A DNA stretch of 64,000 nucleotides from Candidatus Uhrbacteria bacterium (GTDB taxonomy: Bacteria; Patescibacteriota; Patescibacteriia; UBA9934; GWF2-40-263): assembly GCA_016209325.1 (NCBI GenBank), contig JACQWJ010000034.1:220-64219 (forward strand), written 5' to 3'. Of this stretch, positions 52,919 through 63,256 are shown in pieces. Position 1 is the stretch's first letter. The number at the start of each line of letters is the position of its first letter. Below the pieces are notes generated by a model, which saw nothing but the letters and a program-made list of their open reading frames with translations, did not search any database and was not told the DNA's origin. The position numbers and the translations under genes are program-made.

Positions 52919-54967
52919 TCACCAGATTCCGAGCTCCAATCCGAAACGTGCGTTCGTGTCAAAGGCGAAAAAACGCGCGCGCGCCTGACCGGATCCGTCG
53001 AACACCTGCACATGCGGCCCACCTCCGGGGCCGGCACCTGTCACGATCTCATCGACCCCGTCCCCGTCGAGGTCGCCCGCGGCAACGCGCACGCCCCCAC
53101 GGAAGGTCTGGGCGTAAGAGAAAAACTGGGTGCGCAGCGTCCCGTCCGCCTCAAACACCCGCACGTGGGGTCCTCCACCGGGGCCGGCACCTGTCACGAT
53201 CTCATCGACCCCGTCCCCGTCGAGGTCGCCCATAGCGATGGCAACCCCTCCTTGAAAGGAAGGATGATAGGCGTCAAACTCGCGGAGGAAGGTTCCATTC
53301 CCCTCAAACAGCCGAATGCGCGGTTTCCCGCCAACTCCGAGAGCTGCAACGAGTTCGTCCGTGCCGTCCCCGTCGAGGTCGCCCAAGGCGACGCGTATGG
53401 CCTGAGAAACGCGGTCAAACGGAAAGAAGGAAAACAGCTGCGTTCCATCCGCGGCAAAGATACGAACCTCTCCGCCTCCTCCTTGATCGGGGGAAACAAT
53501 AATCTCATCGACCCTGTCCCCGTCGACATCTCCGGAAGCGACAAACACGCCCTGCCGCTTGTCCTGGCCGTAGGCGAAAAACTGGGAATGGAGCGTACCA
53601 TCCGCCTCGAATACACGCACGTGCGGCCCGCCCCCGGGGCCGGCACCTGTCACGATCTCATCGACCCCATCCCCATCGACATCCCCCATGGCAACGCGCA
53701 CACCCCCAGAAAACCCGGGCGCGTAGGGGGAAAACTCGTTCAGCACATGACCTGTCACATCCAGCCGCCGAACGGTCGATATGCCTCCAGCATCTTGAGA
53801 CGCGACAAACGATAGACTTGACCTACGGATAGACGACGTGTTGCCTCCCGACACCAAAGACGCAAAGCTCGCTCCGATCTCGAGCGCACGGGCAAGCTGG
53901 ATCCGCCCAGCGCCGAGCTGTCCGGACAATGCGGGGTCCTGCTCGCGCACGGGATCGACAGACAATTGGAGAACGGTCCGGAGCGTGTCGGGGCGGAGCG
54001 ACGGATACGCTCCCTTGAGCAGGGCGACAGCACCGCTCACCATGGGGGCGGCGATCGACGTGCCGGACCACAGGCCCCCGTACGCGCCCTTGAATTCCGG
54101 GAGGGAGATGTCCTGGTACATGGTACCGATGACGTCGACGCCAGGCGCGGACAGATCGACACACTGGGAGCCGTAATTGGAAAACCCGGCCTTGGCGTCC
54201 TCGCGGTCGGTCGCCGCCACACCAAGGACAAGGTCGGCTCCTTCTGACGAGACAAAACAGGCAGGATAGATGGGGGTCTCGTTCAAGTCCACGCCGCCGT
54301 TGCCGTCGTTGCCCGCCGCCGCCACGACCGTGACGCCAAGTTCGTAGGCGGTCTGAATCGATCGCAAAAACGCAGGATCGAAATCGAATCCCGTGAAACT
54401 CAGGTTAATGACATCAGCACCATTTGCCACGGCGTAATCCACGGCCTTTCGCGCCATGACGGAATCGCCGGACCCGAGGTCGTCGAGCATGCGCACCGGC
54501 ATGATCCGGACATGCCAGTTGAGACCGGCAATACCATCGCCGTTGTCGGCCACGGCGCCGACGATTCCGGCAATGAGGGTTCCGTGGGAGGCGGCGCTCT
54601 GGTTGAACTCGCCCGTCAGACTCGGAAACGGCGTGGCATCGTCTTCGACGAAATCCCATCCGTAGACGTCGTCCACGAACCCGTTCCCATCGTTGTCGAT
54701 CCCGTCCCCGGCCACTTCCCCGCCATTGGTCCAAACGTGGGAGACGAGGTCGGCGTGGTCGAGGTCGAGCCCCGTATCAAGAACGGCCACCACGACGTCA
54801 TCGGAACCCGTGGTCCGGTCCCACGCTTCAAAGGCATGGACGCGCTCCAGGTACCATTGATCCTCCAAGAGGGGATCGTTCGGGACGAGCGCCAGGACGG
54901 GCTGCACGAACGCGAGGCTTATGATTCCAAGAACCGAACCGGCAAAACGAAAAAAGGCGCGAAGCAT
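52919..54967 (-). CDS. secreted subtilisin-like (S8) serine protease with C-terminal FG-GAP/VCBS-type repeats
   Basis: Signal peptide; catalytic D (VAVLDTGLD), H (HGTLIAG), S (GTSIAAPMVSGA); four C-terminal repeats GD(V/L)DGDGVDEIVTGAGPGGGPHVRVF. Confidence 0.75.
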   Translation of the reverse strand: MLRAFFRFAGSVLGIISLAFVQPVLALVPNDPLLEDQWYLERVHAFEAWDRTTGSDDVVVAVLDTGLDLDHADLVSHVWTNGGEVAGDGIDNDGNGFVDDVYGWDFVEDDATPFPSLTGEFNQSAASHGTLIAGIVGAVADNGDGIAGLNWHVRIMPVRMLDDLGSGDSVMARKAVDYAVANGADVINLSFTGFDFDPAFLRSIQTAYELGVTVVAAAGNDGNGGVDLNETPIYPACFVSSEGADLVLGVAATDREDAKAGFSNYGSQCVDLSAPGVDVIGTMYQDISLPEFKGAYGGLWSGTSIAAPMVSGAVALLKGAYPSLRPDTLRTVLQLSVDPVREQDPALSGQLGAGRIQLARALEIGASFASLVSGGNTSSIRRSSLSFVASQDAGGISTVRRLDVTGHVLNEFSPYAPGFSGGVRVAMGDVDGDGVDEIVTGAGPGGGPHVRVFEADGTLHSQFFAYGQDKRQGVFVASGDVDGDRVDEIIVSPDQGGGGEVRIFAADGTQLFSFFPFDRVSQAIRVALGDLDGDGTDELVAALGVGGKPRIRLFEGNGTFLREFDAYHPSFQGGVAIAMGDLDGDGVDEIVTGAGPGGGPHVRVFEADGTLRTQFFSYAQTFRGGVRVAAGDLDGDGVDEIVTGAGPGGGPHVQVFDGSGQARARFFAFDTNARFGLELGIW

Positions 54968-54984
54968 GAAAGGACAATTAAAAC

Positions 54985-55710
54985 CTAAGACGAGAACATT
55001 TGCGCGCGTTGCATCGCTTGACGGACCTCGTCGATGCGGACCTTCAGCGCCGCGTCGTCCGGATCGAGCTGAAGGGCAATTTCGTAATGGGAAAGTGCTT
55101 GGGCGTATAGTCCTTGAGCTTCATACCAGGCTCCGAGACGGGCGAGTAGGCCGGGCGTCTGCCCCAGGGTCGCGATGGCCTCTTCGAGGATGTGACCGAT
55201 TTCCGAACGTTTTTCCGGCAGGCGCTCATCAATAAGGTCAGCCAACTTGAGATAGGTCGGCTCATAGGAATTGACGACGATCGCCGCGCGCCAACGAGCT
55301 TCCGCTCCCGTCACGTCACCCATTTCATAGAGTGCCTGGCCGAGATTCTCAAGGGCGGGCGCGTCCCGCGGATGGTCAGCCAAAATGCGCTCGTACCATT
55401 CTTTCGCTCCCGCGAGGTCGCCGTAGGCATACTTCAAATTTCCTAACTGGAGCATGTTTGAGATGTCCTCGGACGCCTCGGTGTCTTCCCGCATGGCAGC
55501 CTCGAGGGTCTGGATGCGAAGCTCCAGTTCGGCCTTCCCTGCAGAATCTAACCCGCGGTCAATCAAGGCCGCGAATGCCGAACCCGGCACGGGAGCCGGC
55601 GATGGCTGTCCAACGCGCCAAAGAACGACGATGATGGCCGCGACAAGCAGCACCAACCCCGCACCAGCCTTGTGCGCAGGAAGAGAGAATTTCTTGGATA
55701 TCTGTTCCAT
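54985..55710 (-). CDS. TPR-repeat protein with N-terminal membrane anchor
   Basis: One TM helix then 4-5 TPR-like helix pairs (W-LG-Y-A-F-A-P patterning). Confidence 0.55.
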   Translation of the reverse strand: MEQISKKFSLPAHKAGAGLVLLVAAIIVVLWRVGQPSPAPVPGSAFAALIDRGLDSAGKAELELRIQTLEAAMREDTEASEDISNMLQLGNLKYAYGDLAGAKEWYERILADHPRDAPALENLGQALYEMGDVTGAEARWRAAIVVNSYEPTYLKLADLIDERLPEKRSEIGHILEEAIATLGQTPGLLARLGAWYEAQGLYAQALSHYEIALQLDPDDAALKVRIDEVRQAMQRAQMFSS

Positions 55711-55830
55711 AGACAGGGGTCATCCTAACGAAAACGAGGAGGTTTGGCAAGGGGAAATGAACTGTACAAGCATGCCGCACGTCTTCCAAAATACCCGTCC
55801 ATCGGGTACGATGGCGGCCAATCCATCTCT

Positions 55831-57102
55831 ATGCCCGCACCTGAACCCTCTTCCATCCATCGTATCGTCATCCTTGGCGCCGGATTCGGGGGCATCTACG
55901 CCTACCGTCGCCTTCACTGGCGGCTCCATGGCCGCACGGACGTGAGCGTGACCATCGTGAACCGGGAAAACTACTTCCTGTTCACGCCCCTGCTGCACGA
56001 GGTCGCGACAGGCAGCATCGCCCCACCAAACATCGTGGAGTCGGTGCGCAAAATCGCCCGCTGCTGCGTCGGGGACGTGGTGATCGGGAGCGTCCAACGG
56101 GTCCGCCTGGAAGACCGGATCGTGGAAACGGACGCGGGTTCCCTTCCCTACGACGAGCTCATCATCGCTCTCGGGTCCGAAACGAACTTTTACGACACAC
56201 CGGGGACCGAGGAGCACGCCCTCCAGCTTAAGTCGCTATCCGACGCGGTGCGCCTCAAAAACCACTGCCTCCGCCTGTTCGAGCAGGCCGCCTCGGAAAC
56301 GACGAATCCTGAGGAGCGCCGGCAGCTCCTGCGCTTCGTCATCGTCGGCGGAGGACCGACGGGCGTGGAGCTGGCCGCCGAATTGTCCGAGTTCGTGTAC
56401 GGCACGCTGGAGGCGTTTTTCCGACGCGAAGACCTCTTGCCCGAGGTGGACATCGTCCTCCTCCAAGCCGGGTCGGAACTCCTGCCCCAGTTTGCGCCCC
56501 ACTCCCGAACCAAAAGTCTGGAAGTGTTGCGACAAAAAAAGATCCGCGTTTGTCTCGACACGACCGCTCGAACCATGGATACGGAGGGGGTGACGCTCGA
56601 GAATGGCACACCCCTGCCCTCGAAGACAGTCGTCTGGGTGGCGGGCACGAGGCCTACCCCTCTCGCGTTTGACGCGGACGTGAAACGGGACACTTCGGGG
56701 AAGCTCCTCGTGGACACTTCCCTCCGGCTCATAGGACACAAGAACGTATTCGCGCTCGGCGACCAAGCGGCCTGCCTGGACGCGAAGACAGGGCGTCCCC
56801 TGCCCGGGCTGGCCCAAGTCGCGACCCAACAGGCCCGGATCGCAGCCGACAACGCCTGCGCCGCCCTGCACGGCAAGCCCCTCCGGACCTTCCGTTACCG
56901 TCACAAGGGAAACCTAGCCTCGCTCGGCCAGTGGATGGCGATCGCGGAAATCGGCGGGCGCCACTTCTGGGGACACCTCGCCTGGTGGCTCTGGCGCACG
57001 GTGTACCTCACAAAGTTCATCTCGCGCAAAAAGAAATTCGAAATCGCCATGGACTGGACCCTCAACCTCTTCGCCTCACGCGACATCTCAAGGATCGAAT
57101 AA
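55831..57102 (+). CDS. ndh: type II NADH dehydrogenase (NDH-2) / FAD-dependent pyridine nucleotide-disulfide oxidoreductase
   Basis: Two dinucleotide-binding motifs IVILGAGFGG and VIVGGGPTGVELAAEL; start at MPAPEPSS. Confidence 0.75.
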   Translation: MPAPEPSSIHRIVILGAGFGGIYAYRRLHWRLHGRTDVSVTIVNRENYFLFTPLLHEVATGSIAPPNIVESVRKIARCCVGDVVIGSVQRVRLEDRIVETDAGSLPYDELIIALGSETNFYDTPGTEEHALQLKSLSDAVRLKNHCLRLFEQAASETTNPEERRQLLRFVIVGGGPTGVELAAELSEFVYGTLEAFFRREDLLPEVDIVLLQAGSELLPQFAPHSRTKSLEVLRQKKIRVCLDTTARTMDTEGVTLENGTPLPSKTVVWVAGTRPTPLAFDADVKRDTSGKLLVDTSLRLIGHKNVFALGDQAACLDAKTGRPLPGLAQVATQQARIAADNACAALHGKPLRTFRYRHKGNLASLGQWMAIAEIGGRHFWGHLAWWLWRTVYLTKFISRKKKFEIAMDWTLNLFASRDISRIE

Positions 57103-57104
57103 AA

Positions 57105-57133
57105 ACGGACCGCAGGTGTGGTCCGTTTTTATT
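57105..57133 (+). terminator. rho-independent terminator after ndh
   Basis: ACGGACC-GCAGGTGT-GGTCCGT followed by TTTTTATT. Confidence 0.55.
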
Positions 57134-57189
57134 CTCTGTTCACAAGGCATTCTTGAAAATCATCAGAATTTTTGATACAATAAAATTGT

Positions 57190-57417
57190 ATGAAGTTCAG
57201 ACAAACACTCTTTTGGGATGTAGACCCAAAGACGATCGATTCAAAAAAACACGCACGGTATGTGATTGAACGTATTTTTGATTTCGGAACTGATAAGGAA
57301 GTACGATGGCTTTGGCGAACCTATCCAAAAACGCTCCTTCACGGTGTCGCAAAGACGTCTCGAAGTCTTCATGCGGATACCCGTGCCCTATGGCAAGAAC
57401 TCACAAAAATCAAGTAA
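57190..57417 (+). CDS. small protein, putative cognate partner (antitoxin-like) of AbiEii-type nucleotidyltransferase
   Basis: 75 aa, overlaps start of downstream NTase gene; pattern LFWDVDPKTID...YVIERI commonly precedes DUF1814 NTases. Confidence 0.4.
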   Translation: MKFRQTLFWDVDPKTIDSKKHARYVIERIFDFGTDKEVRWLWRTYPKTLLHGVAKTSRSLHADTRALWQELTKIK

Positions 57418-58067
57418 CGTGGCATCTTGACGCTCTTCCGCATAAGACGTTGAAAGCGTTAGATTTTTTTTCGAAGGCAGAATGGCTCAGCACGTCAAAG
57501 TGGTATCTTGCCGGTGGCACTGCCCTCGCTCTTCAAGTTGGACATCGTACCTCTCTTGATCTCGATTTTTTTACACCCGCTAAAAATTTTTCCATGAATG
57601 GTCTGACCAATCGTTTTTCTTCAACGATGTGGGAAACACAGATTGCAAAAGAAGCAACTGTGTATGGGACACTCTTAGGAGCAAAAGTCAGTTTTATCGC
57701 CTATCCATTTTTTATTCCCAGAGAACCTTTCATACGTTATGGGAACGTCCGAGTTCTTTCTATTCGCGACATCGCTGTCATGAAAATTATTGCGATCAGT
57801 CAACGTGGAAAGAAACGGGATTTTTATGACCTCTATTGGTATATCCAACACTGCGAATCCTTGTTGGATATCCTACGCAGGCTACCAGATCAGTATCCCA
57901 CCGTGGCGCACGACTTTCATCATATCTTAAAAGCCCTCTTGTATTTTGCCGAAGCCGAAGACGATCCGATGCCGCGTTTATTTTTCACATCACCTTGGAA
58001 AACCGTCAAACGCTTTTTTACGAAGGAAGTCCCTCTTATTTCAAAAGAACTTCTGCGTCTTGAATGA
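57390..58067 (+). CDS. nucleotidyltransferase, AbiEii/DUF1814 family (type IV TA / abortive-infection-like)
   Basis: YLAGGTALALQVGHRTSLDLDFF (G-x-A-x9-D-x-D) and RDFYDLYW motifs; start at MARTHKNQ. Confidence 0.6.
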   Translation: MARTHKNQVTWHLDALPHKTLKALDFFSKAEWLSTSKWYLAGGTALALQVGHRTSLDLDFFTPAKNFSMNGLTNRFSSTMWETQIAKEATVYGTLLGAKVSFIAYPFFIPREPFIRYGNVRVLSIRDIAVMKIIAISQRGKKRDFYDLYWYIQHCESLLDILRRLPDQYPTVAHDFHHILKALLYFAEAEDDPMPRLFFTSPWKTVKRFFTKEVPLISKELLRLE

Positions 58068-58203
58068 TGCACATCGTCTCATGCTTCTCCCCTGTGTCAG
58101 AGTAAGGTTTGGGATATGGAAGCTGTTTGTGGTGCATGATTTTTTGGATGGTGGAAGTTGCAGTAGAGATCGCTTCCAAGCCATCATCTGAGAAAAAAAC
58201 ACA

Positions 58204-58878
58204 TTACAGCGTCTCCAGATCCAAGACAATCTTGATCTTGTCGTCGATGGCCTGATCGCCGATGTCCTCGAAGAATTTGCCGGAGCCGAAACGAACGTCC
58301 CAGAGGGTCCGGTCGATCTCGAACTCGGCGTGGGCGGTAAGCCGCTGGGCATCGGCCTTGATGGCCGCGGGGAACGCAATGGCGTTCGTGATGCCCTTGA
58401 TCGTCAGGTCTCCCGTGACGTCGTAGGCGTCGGACCCGGCAGCCTTGTCAACCTTCGTGATCGCGAAGGCGGCGGCCGGATACTGCGCGACGTCGAAAAA
58501 GTCGGGGGACTTCAAGTGGTTCAAGAGCCGTTCGCCGCCTATAGCGTCGAGCACCTTGATCGCTGTCATGTCGATCGTGAATTGTCCACCCATAATCGCA
58601 CCATTCTCGACCGTGAGAGTTCCCTCGGACACAGGCACCGTTCCGTTGTGTTTGTAATCGACAATAAACGTCTTCTTGGCCTCCCAGGCGAGCGTGCTCT
58701 TCTCCACATTCAACGCGTACGCCCCGTCCGGCAGCAGGACGGAAACGCCTTCACTCGAGGTCGAAGTCCCCTCGGAAGACGGTTGCGCGGGAGCCGATTC
58801 CGGCTGGCATCCGGCCCCGGCGACGAGGAGTGAAGAGACGAACAGACTGGCAAAGAACAGGGAGGAAGTGGTGCGCAT
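58204..58878 (-). CDS. YceI-family periplasmic lipoprotein
   Basis: Signal peptide with lipobox LVAGAGC; YceI motifs (KSTLAWEAKK..., TIDMTAI..., DFFDVAQYP, VTGDLTIKGIT). Confidence 0.75.
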   Translation of the reverse strand: MRTTSSLFFASLFVSSLLVAGAGCQPESAPAQPSSEGTSTSSEGVSVLLPDGAYALNVEKSTLAWEAKKTFIVDYKHNGTVPVSEGTLTVENGAIMGGQFTIDMTAIKVLDAIGGERLLNHLKSPDFFDVAQYPAAAFAITKVDKAAGSDAYDVTGDLTIKGITNAIAFPAAIKADAQRLTAHAEFEIDRTLWDVRFGSGKFFEDIGDQAIDDKIKIVLDLETL

Positions 58879-59028
58879 AAACGTGAAAACGGTTACGTTA
58901 CGAATGGAGGTAAGACCCCTTCGCGAAGGGGTCGAAGAATAGGGACGCCTCGAAAAAAGACATGGAGAGTATACCAGGCGCTTCCCAAAGAAAAAAGACG
59001 CGGGGTAAGCGCGTCTTGGAGTCGACCG

Positions 59029-62000
59029 TTATTGCGGAAGCGTCATGACCTGGCCGGAGCCGGACCAACTGATCCCCACCTCATATTCGTAGTCGTCCAC
59101 CTCCACACAGAGCGGATCGCCGCTCTCCTCGCACCACTGGTTGTAGTACGAGTACCTCCAGTCGTTGGAGGAGGTCATGTTGACCGCCTTCGTGGAGCTC
59201 GTTGTGGACAGGGTAGAGACGAGGGTGAAGACCGAAGCCGTCACCTTCGCCTTACCCGCGAAGTCGACGGCCAGAAGCCCGCCCGAATACAGGATGAGGT
59301 TGTCGCTCTGGAGCTGCGTAGACGGCCCGAAAGGGCTGTCGCCGGTGGCGTAGGCGTTGGCGGTCGTGTAGGCCGTGGCCGCCGGGTCGCATTTCCAGTT
59401 TCCGGAGATATAGCCCGAGGTCTCGTACTTGCAGGCGAAGACCCCCTGACTCCCGCTCCGGAACACGACTTTGCTCCCCTCGAAGTAGACATACGGGCAG
59501 GAAACGGTCTCCTGCGCGTCCATGGCGCCGTCGCAGTCGGTGTCGGCCTGATCACCGCACCGTTCGATGGCGTTCGGGTAGACGGTGTTGTTGGCGTCGT
59601 TGCAGTCGCCGGTCGCCGTCGCGTAGCCCGAGGGCTTGTTGCAGGCGGCCGTGGTCGTGGAGGTACCGTAGCCGTCAACGTCGGCATCGAGATAGAAGGT
59701 CTTCTTCACCCCCTCGTCGACCGAGCCGTCGCAGTCGTTGTCCAGCCCGTCGCAGCTTTCGGCTGCATTGGGATTGACGGACGACCGCGTGTCGTCGCAG
59801 TCGGTGTTGTTGGTGACCTTGCCGCTCGGCTGGGCGCAGGCCGAGACGGGGGTTGAGCCCGCCATGCCATAGCCGTCGCCGTCCGCGTCGGGGTAGTAGT
59901 TTTTGAACGTGAGCCCCTCATCGGAGCTCCCGTCGCAGTCGTCGTCTATCCCGTTGCAGGCCTCGGCGGCACCCGGGTAGACCGCGGCGTCGGCGTCGTC
60001 GCAGTCTCTGTCGTTGGTGACCTGGGCTCCAGACGGAGCACAGGCGTAGGTCGGGCTGCTCCCCATCTGGCCGTAACCGTCGCCGTCTGAATCCGTGTAG
60101 TAGGCGGTCTTGACGCCGTCGTCGGCCTGACCGTCGCAGTCGTCGTCGAGCCCGTTGCACGTTTCCGTAGCACCGGGGTAGACACTCGAGCGCGTGTCGT
60201 CGCAGTCGGTGTTGTTGTTGGTGTAACCAGACGGTGGACTACATGCGTAAGCAGGGCTGCTCCCCGCCTTACCGTAGCGGTCACCGTCGTCATCTGGGTA
60301 GTAGGCGATCTGGACGCCGTCGTCCGCCACGCCGTCGCAATCGTCGTCGAGGCTGTTGCACTGCTCGAGAGCGCCGGGGTAGATGGCCCCGTTGCCGTCG
60401 TCGCAGTCGCCGGAAACAGTGACGTAGCCGAATGGCTGGACGCAGTCGGCCTTGGTGACCGCACCGTTGCCGTAGCCGTCGCCGTCGATGTCCTCGTACC
60501 AGGTCTGGTAGAGGACACTTTCATCGATGTCTCCGTCGCAGTCGTCGTCGGCCCCGTTGCACTGCTCGGGGGCGTTCGGGTGAACTGCCGCGTCGGTGTC
60601 GTCGCAGTCGTCGTCGGCGGAGACATATCCGGAGGGCTGAGCGCAGGCCTCGGTGGCCTCACCAGAATCCCCGTATCCATCACTGTCGCTGTCGAGGTAC
60701 CAGACCGAACGGGCAAGCCCGTCGTCGATCTGGGTGTTGCAGTCGTTGTCGATATTGTCGCAGACCTCCGTTGCCCCCGGATGGGTCTGGTCGTCGCTGT
60801 CGTCGCAGTCAGAGTTGTCGAGGACGTACCCAGAGGGCTGAGCGCACGCCTGGGTCGAGACAGCCGCGTTGCCAAAGCCGTCGCCATCCAGGTCCTCGTG
60901 ATAGATGACCTTCAGGCCGTCGTCGGCCACCCCGTCGCAGTCGTCGTCAATCCCGTTGCAGACTTCCACCGCTCCAGGATGAACGGTCGACCGAGTGTCG
61001 TCGCAGTCGAGGCTGTTGGCGACGTATCCGTCGGGCTGGGTGCAGGCTTGAATGCCTTTTCCCGCGTCCCCGTATCCATCTCCGTCGACGTCCTCGAAGT
61101 AGTTGGTTTTGACGCCCTCGTCAAACTGGGTGTCGCAGTCGTTGTCCAATCCATCGCATTCCTCCGGTGCTCCCGGATGGACATTCGACCTGGAGTCATC
61201 GCAGTCGGCGTTGTGGCCGACGTAGCCATCGGGCTGGGAACAGGCCTGGATCGACCCGTCCGCCGCTCCGTACCCGTCGACATCGGCGTCGCGGTAGTAC
61301 TGGGTCTTCTGGATGCCGTCATCCGCCGCACCGTCGCAGTCGTCGTCCGCCTCGTTGCAGACCTCAGTGACGCCGGGATTCACCGCCGGATTGCCGTCGT
61401 TGCAGTCGCCGGAACGGAGAACGGTGCCAGCCGGCTGGAGGCAGTCCTCCACGCCCTCGCCGGTTCCGTACCCGTCGCCGTCGGCGTCCATGTACCACCT
61501 CGAGGTCGTGACGTCGTTGTCAACCACCTCGTCGCAGTCGTTGTCGATGCCGTCGCACTGCTCCGGCGCGCCGGGATAGGTCGCGGCGTCGGCGTCTTCA
61601 CAGTCGCCGGCGTTGTCGACATACCCTTCCGGTGCACGACAGGCCTCGGTGGTTTCCGCGTCTGGATCGCCGAAGCCGTCTTCGTCCGCGTCGACGTAGA
61701 AGGTCGTCGTTTCGAGATCTTGGTCGACCTCGCTGTCGCAGTCATCGTCGATCCCATTGCAGGCTTCCGCCGCTTCGGGGTTGACCGACGCCTGGGTGTC
61801 GTCGCAGTCGAGGGCGTTGTCGACGTATCCATCAACCTGCTCACACCCCTGGGTCGGGATGGTCGGGTCGCCGTAGCCGTCGTTGTCGCCGTCGAAGTAG
61901 TAGGCGTTGTTCACACCCTCATCCGCCTCGCCGTCACAGTCGTCGTCCTGGTTGTTACAGGTCTCCGTCGCTCCGGGATGGACATCCTGGTCGGTATCGG

Positions 62001-62910
62001 CACAGTCACCGCCTTCCGACACGTAGAGGTCGGTCGGAGGCTTGCAGGCGATGGCGGGTTTGGCGGAATTGCCGTACCCGTCGCCGTCGTTGTCCGGGTA
62101 GAAGGTGCTAAGGACACCTTCGTCCACCGCCCCGTCGCAGTCGTTGTCCGCTTCGTCGCAGATCTCGTCGGCATCGGGGTTGATCGAAGCGTCGCTGTCA
62201 TCGCAGTCGTCGGCGTTGTCGACGTAGTCGTCCGGAGCAGCGCACGTTCCCGCCGGCTTGGCGGGATCGCCGAAGCCGTCGCTGTCGAGGTCCTGGTAGA
62301 AGGGCTCGTAGCTGCCCTCGTCGACCTCCCCGTCGCAGTCGTCGTCCTGCCCGTTGCAGACCTCGTCGGCTTCGGGATTGACCGACGCCAGCGTGTCGTC
62401 ACAATCTTCGGAGTTGTCGACGTAACCGTCTGCGCTGTCACAGACGAACTGTTCGTCCTCAGCGTCGCCGAAGCCGTCTTCGTCCTTATCTGCGTAAACC
62501 GCCCAACGATCGCTGAGTTCGACGTCATCGTCGATCTCGCCGTCGCAGTCGTTGTCAACGCCGTCACAGTCGTCGTAGGCGCTCGGATGAACCGCATCGT
62601 CCGCGTCATCGCAGTCGCCTTCCGTGACCGTGTAGCCGTCGTCGTCATCATCCTGCTTTGGATCCGGCGTGGACGTGGTGACCGGAGGCGAAGTGCCATC
62701 CGGCGGCGTCGTCTCTTCCGGGGAGGGCTCCATGGTCGGAGTGACCGACGGTGCCGTATCGGGAGGTATGGAAGCCTCCGGACACTCATCGTTCGGGTAG
62801 TCGGAGGGGTAACTCCCCCCTGAGCAAGGCAACTCCACGGGAAAGCATCCCGCCACCAGGAAGAACAGCCCCGTGATAGGACCATTCACCAACTTCCATC
62901 TTTTTTTCAT
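59029..62910 (-). CDS. giant secreted/surface protein with ~19 tandem Cys-rich MopE-like putative metal-binding repeats
   Basis: Signal/lipoprotein-like N-terminus; Thr/Pro-rich linker; repeat unit [DG]xCDDxDxxxxPGAxExC(N/D)GxD(D/N)DCDGxxDEG about every 60 aa; distinct ~200-aa C-terminal domain. Confidence 0.7.
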   Translation of the reverse strand: MKKRWKLVNGPITGLFFLVAGCFPVELPCSGGSYPSDYPNDECPEASIPPDTAPSVTPTMEPSPEETTPPDGTSPPVTTSTPDPKQDDDDDGYTVTEGDCDDADDAVHPSAYDDCDGVDNDCDGEIDDDVELSDRWAVYADKDEDGFGDAEDEQFVCDSADGYVDNSEDCDDTLASVNPEADEVCNGQDDDCDGEVDEGSYEPFYQDLDSDGFGDPAKPAGTCAAPDDYVDNADDCDDSDASINPDADEICDEADNDCDGAVDEGVLSTFYPDNDGDGYGNSAKPAIACKPPTDLYVSEGGDCADTDQDVHPGATETCNNQDDDCDGEADEGVNNAYYFDGDNDGYGDPTIPTQGCEQVDGYVDNALDCDDTQASVNPEAAEACNGIDDDCDSEVDQDLETTTFYVDADEDGFGDPDAETTEACRAPEGYVDNAGDCEDADAATYPGAPEQCDGIDNDCDEVVDNDVTTSRWYMDADGDGYGTGEGVEDCLQPAGTVLRSGDCNDGNPAVNPGVTEVCNEADDDCDGAADDGIQKTQYYRDADVDGYGAADGSIQACSQPDGYVGHNADCDDSRSNVHPGAPEECDGLDNDCDTQFDEGVKTNYFEDVDGDGYGDAGKGIQACTQPDGYVANSLDCDDTRSTVHPGAVEVCNGIDDDCDGVADDGLKVIYHEDLDGDGFGNAAVSTQACAQPSGYVLDNSDCDDSDDQTHPGATEVCDNIDNDCNTQIDDGLARSVWYLDSDSDGYGDSGEATEACAQPSGYVSADDDCDDTDAAVHPNAPEQCNGADDDCDGDIDESVLYQTWYEDIDGDGYGNGAVTKADCVQPFGYVTVSGDCDDGNGAIYPGALEQCNSLDDDCDGVADDGVQIAYYPDDDGDRYGKAGSSPAYACSPPSGYTNNNTDCDDTRSSVYPGATETCNGLDDDCDGQADDGVKTAYYTDSDGDGYGQMGSSPTYACAPSGAQVTNDRDCDDADAAVYPGAAEACNGIDDDCDGSSDEGLTFKNYYPDADGDGYGMAGSTPVSACAQPSGKVTNNTDCDDTRSSVNPNAAESCDGLDNDCDGSVDEGVKKTFYLDADVDGYGTSTTTAACNKPSGYATATGDCNDANNTVYPNAIERCGDQADTDCDGAMDAQETVSCPYVYFEGSKVVFRSGSQGVFACKYETSGYISGNWKCDPAATAYTTANAYATGDSPFGPSTQLQSDNLILYSGGLLAVDFAGKAKVTASVFTLVSTLSTTSSTKAVNMTSSNDWRYSYYNQWCEESGDPLCVEVDDYEYEVGISWSGSGQVMTLPQ

Positions 62911-63256
62911 CTTCGGCTCCTTAGTCTAAAACCGGACCTTTCCGGTTTGCCACGAAACCGTTCCGTGGACTTTCCAACCGCTTCCGCACTTCCAACCAAA
63001 AAAGAGAACGGAACGCATTTCCCGCCTCTTTTCAAAGAACAAAACCCTCAAGCACGGTCCCGGCGGCCGTACGCCACAAAACCCACGTGACGTACGCAAA
63101 CCGGTACCCTGCTTAAAAGGACCGGGGACCTTAGCCGAAAATGCCAATTACGTCAAGGAAAATGACCTAAAAAAATAATTTTGGGTTTCTTCCATATCCA
63201 GGGAATATATGTTACGTTTTAAGTGTTCATCTGTACCAATTCGATAATCACAATCT

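Noticed and set aside
60580-62823. 747-aa plus-strand ORF inside the MopE-repeat gene
   Set aside because: Antisense to the strongly periodic Cys-rich repeat protein; its translation is a low-complexity V/A/G-rich string. High-GC artefact.
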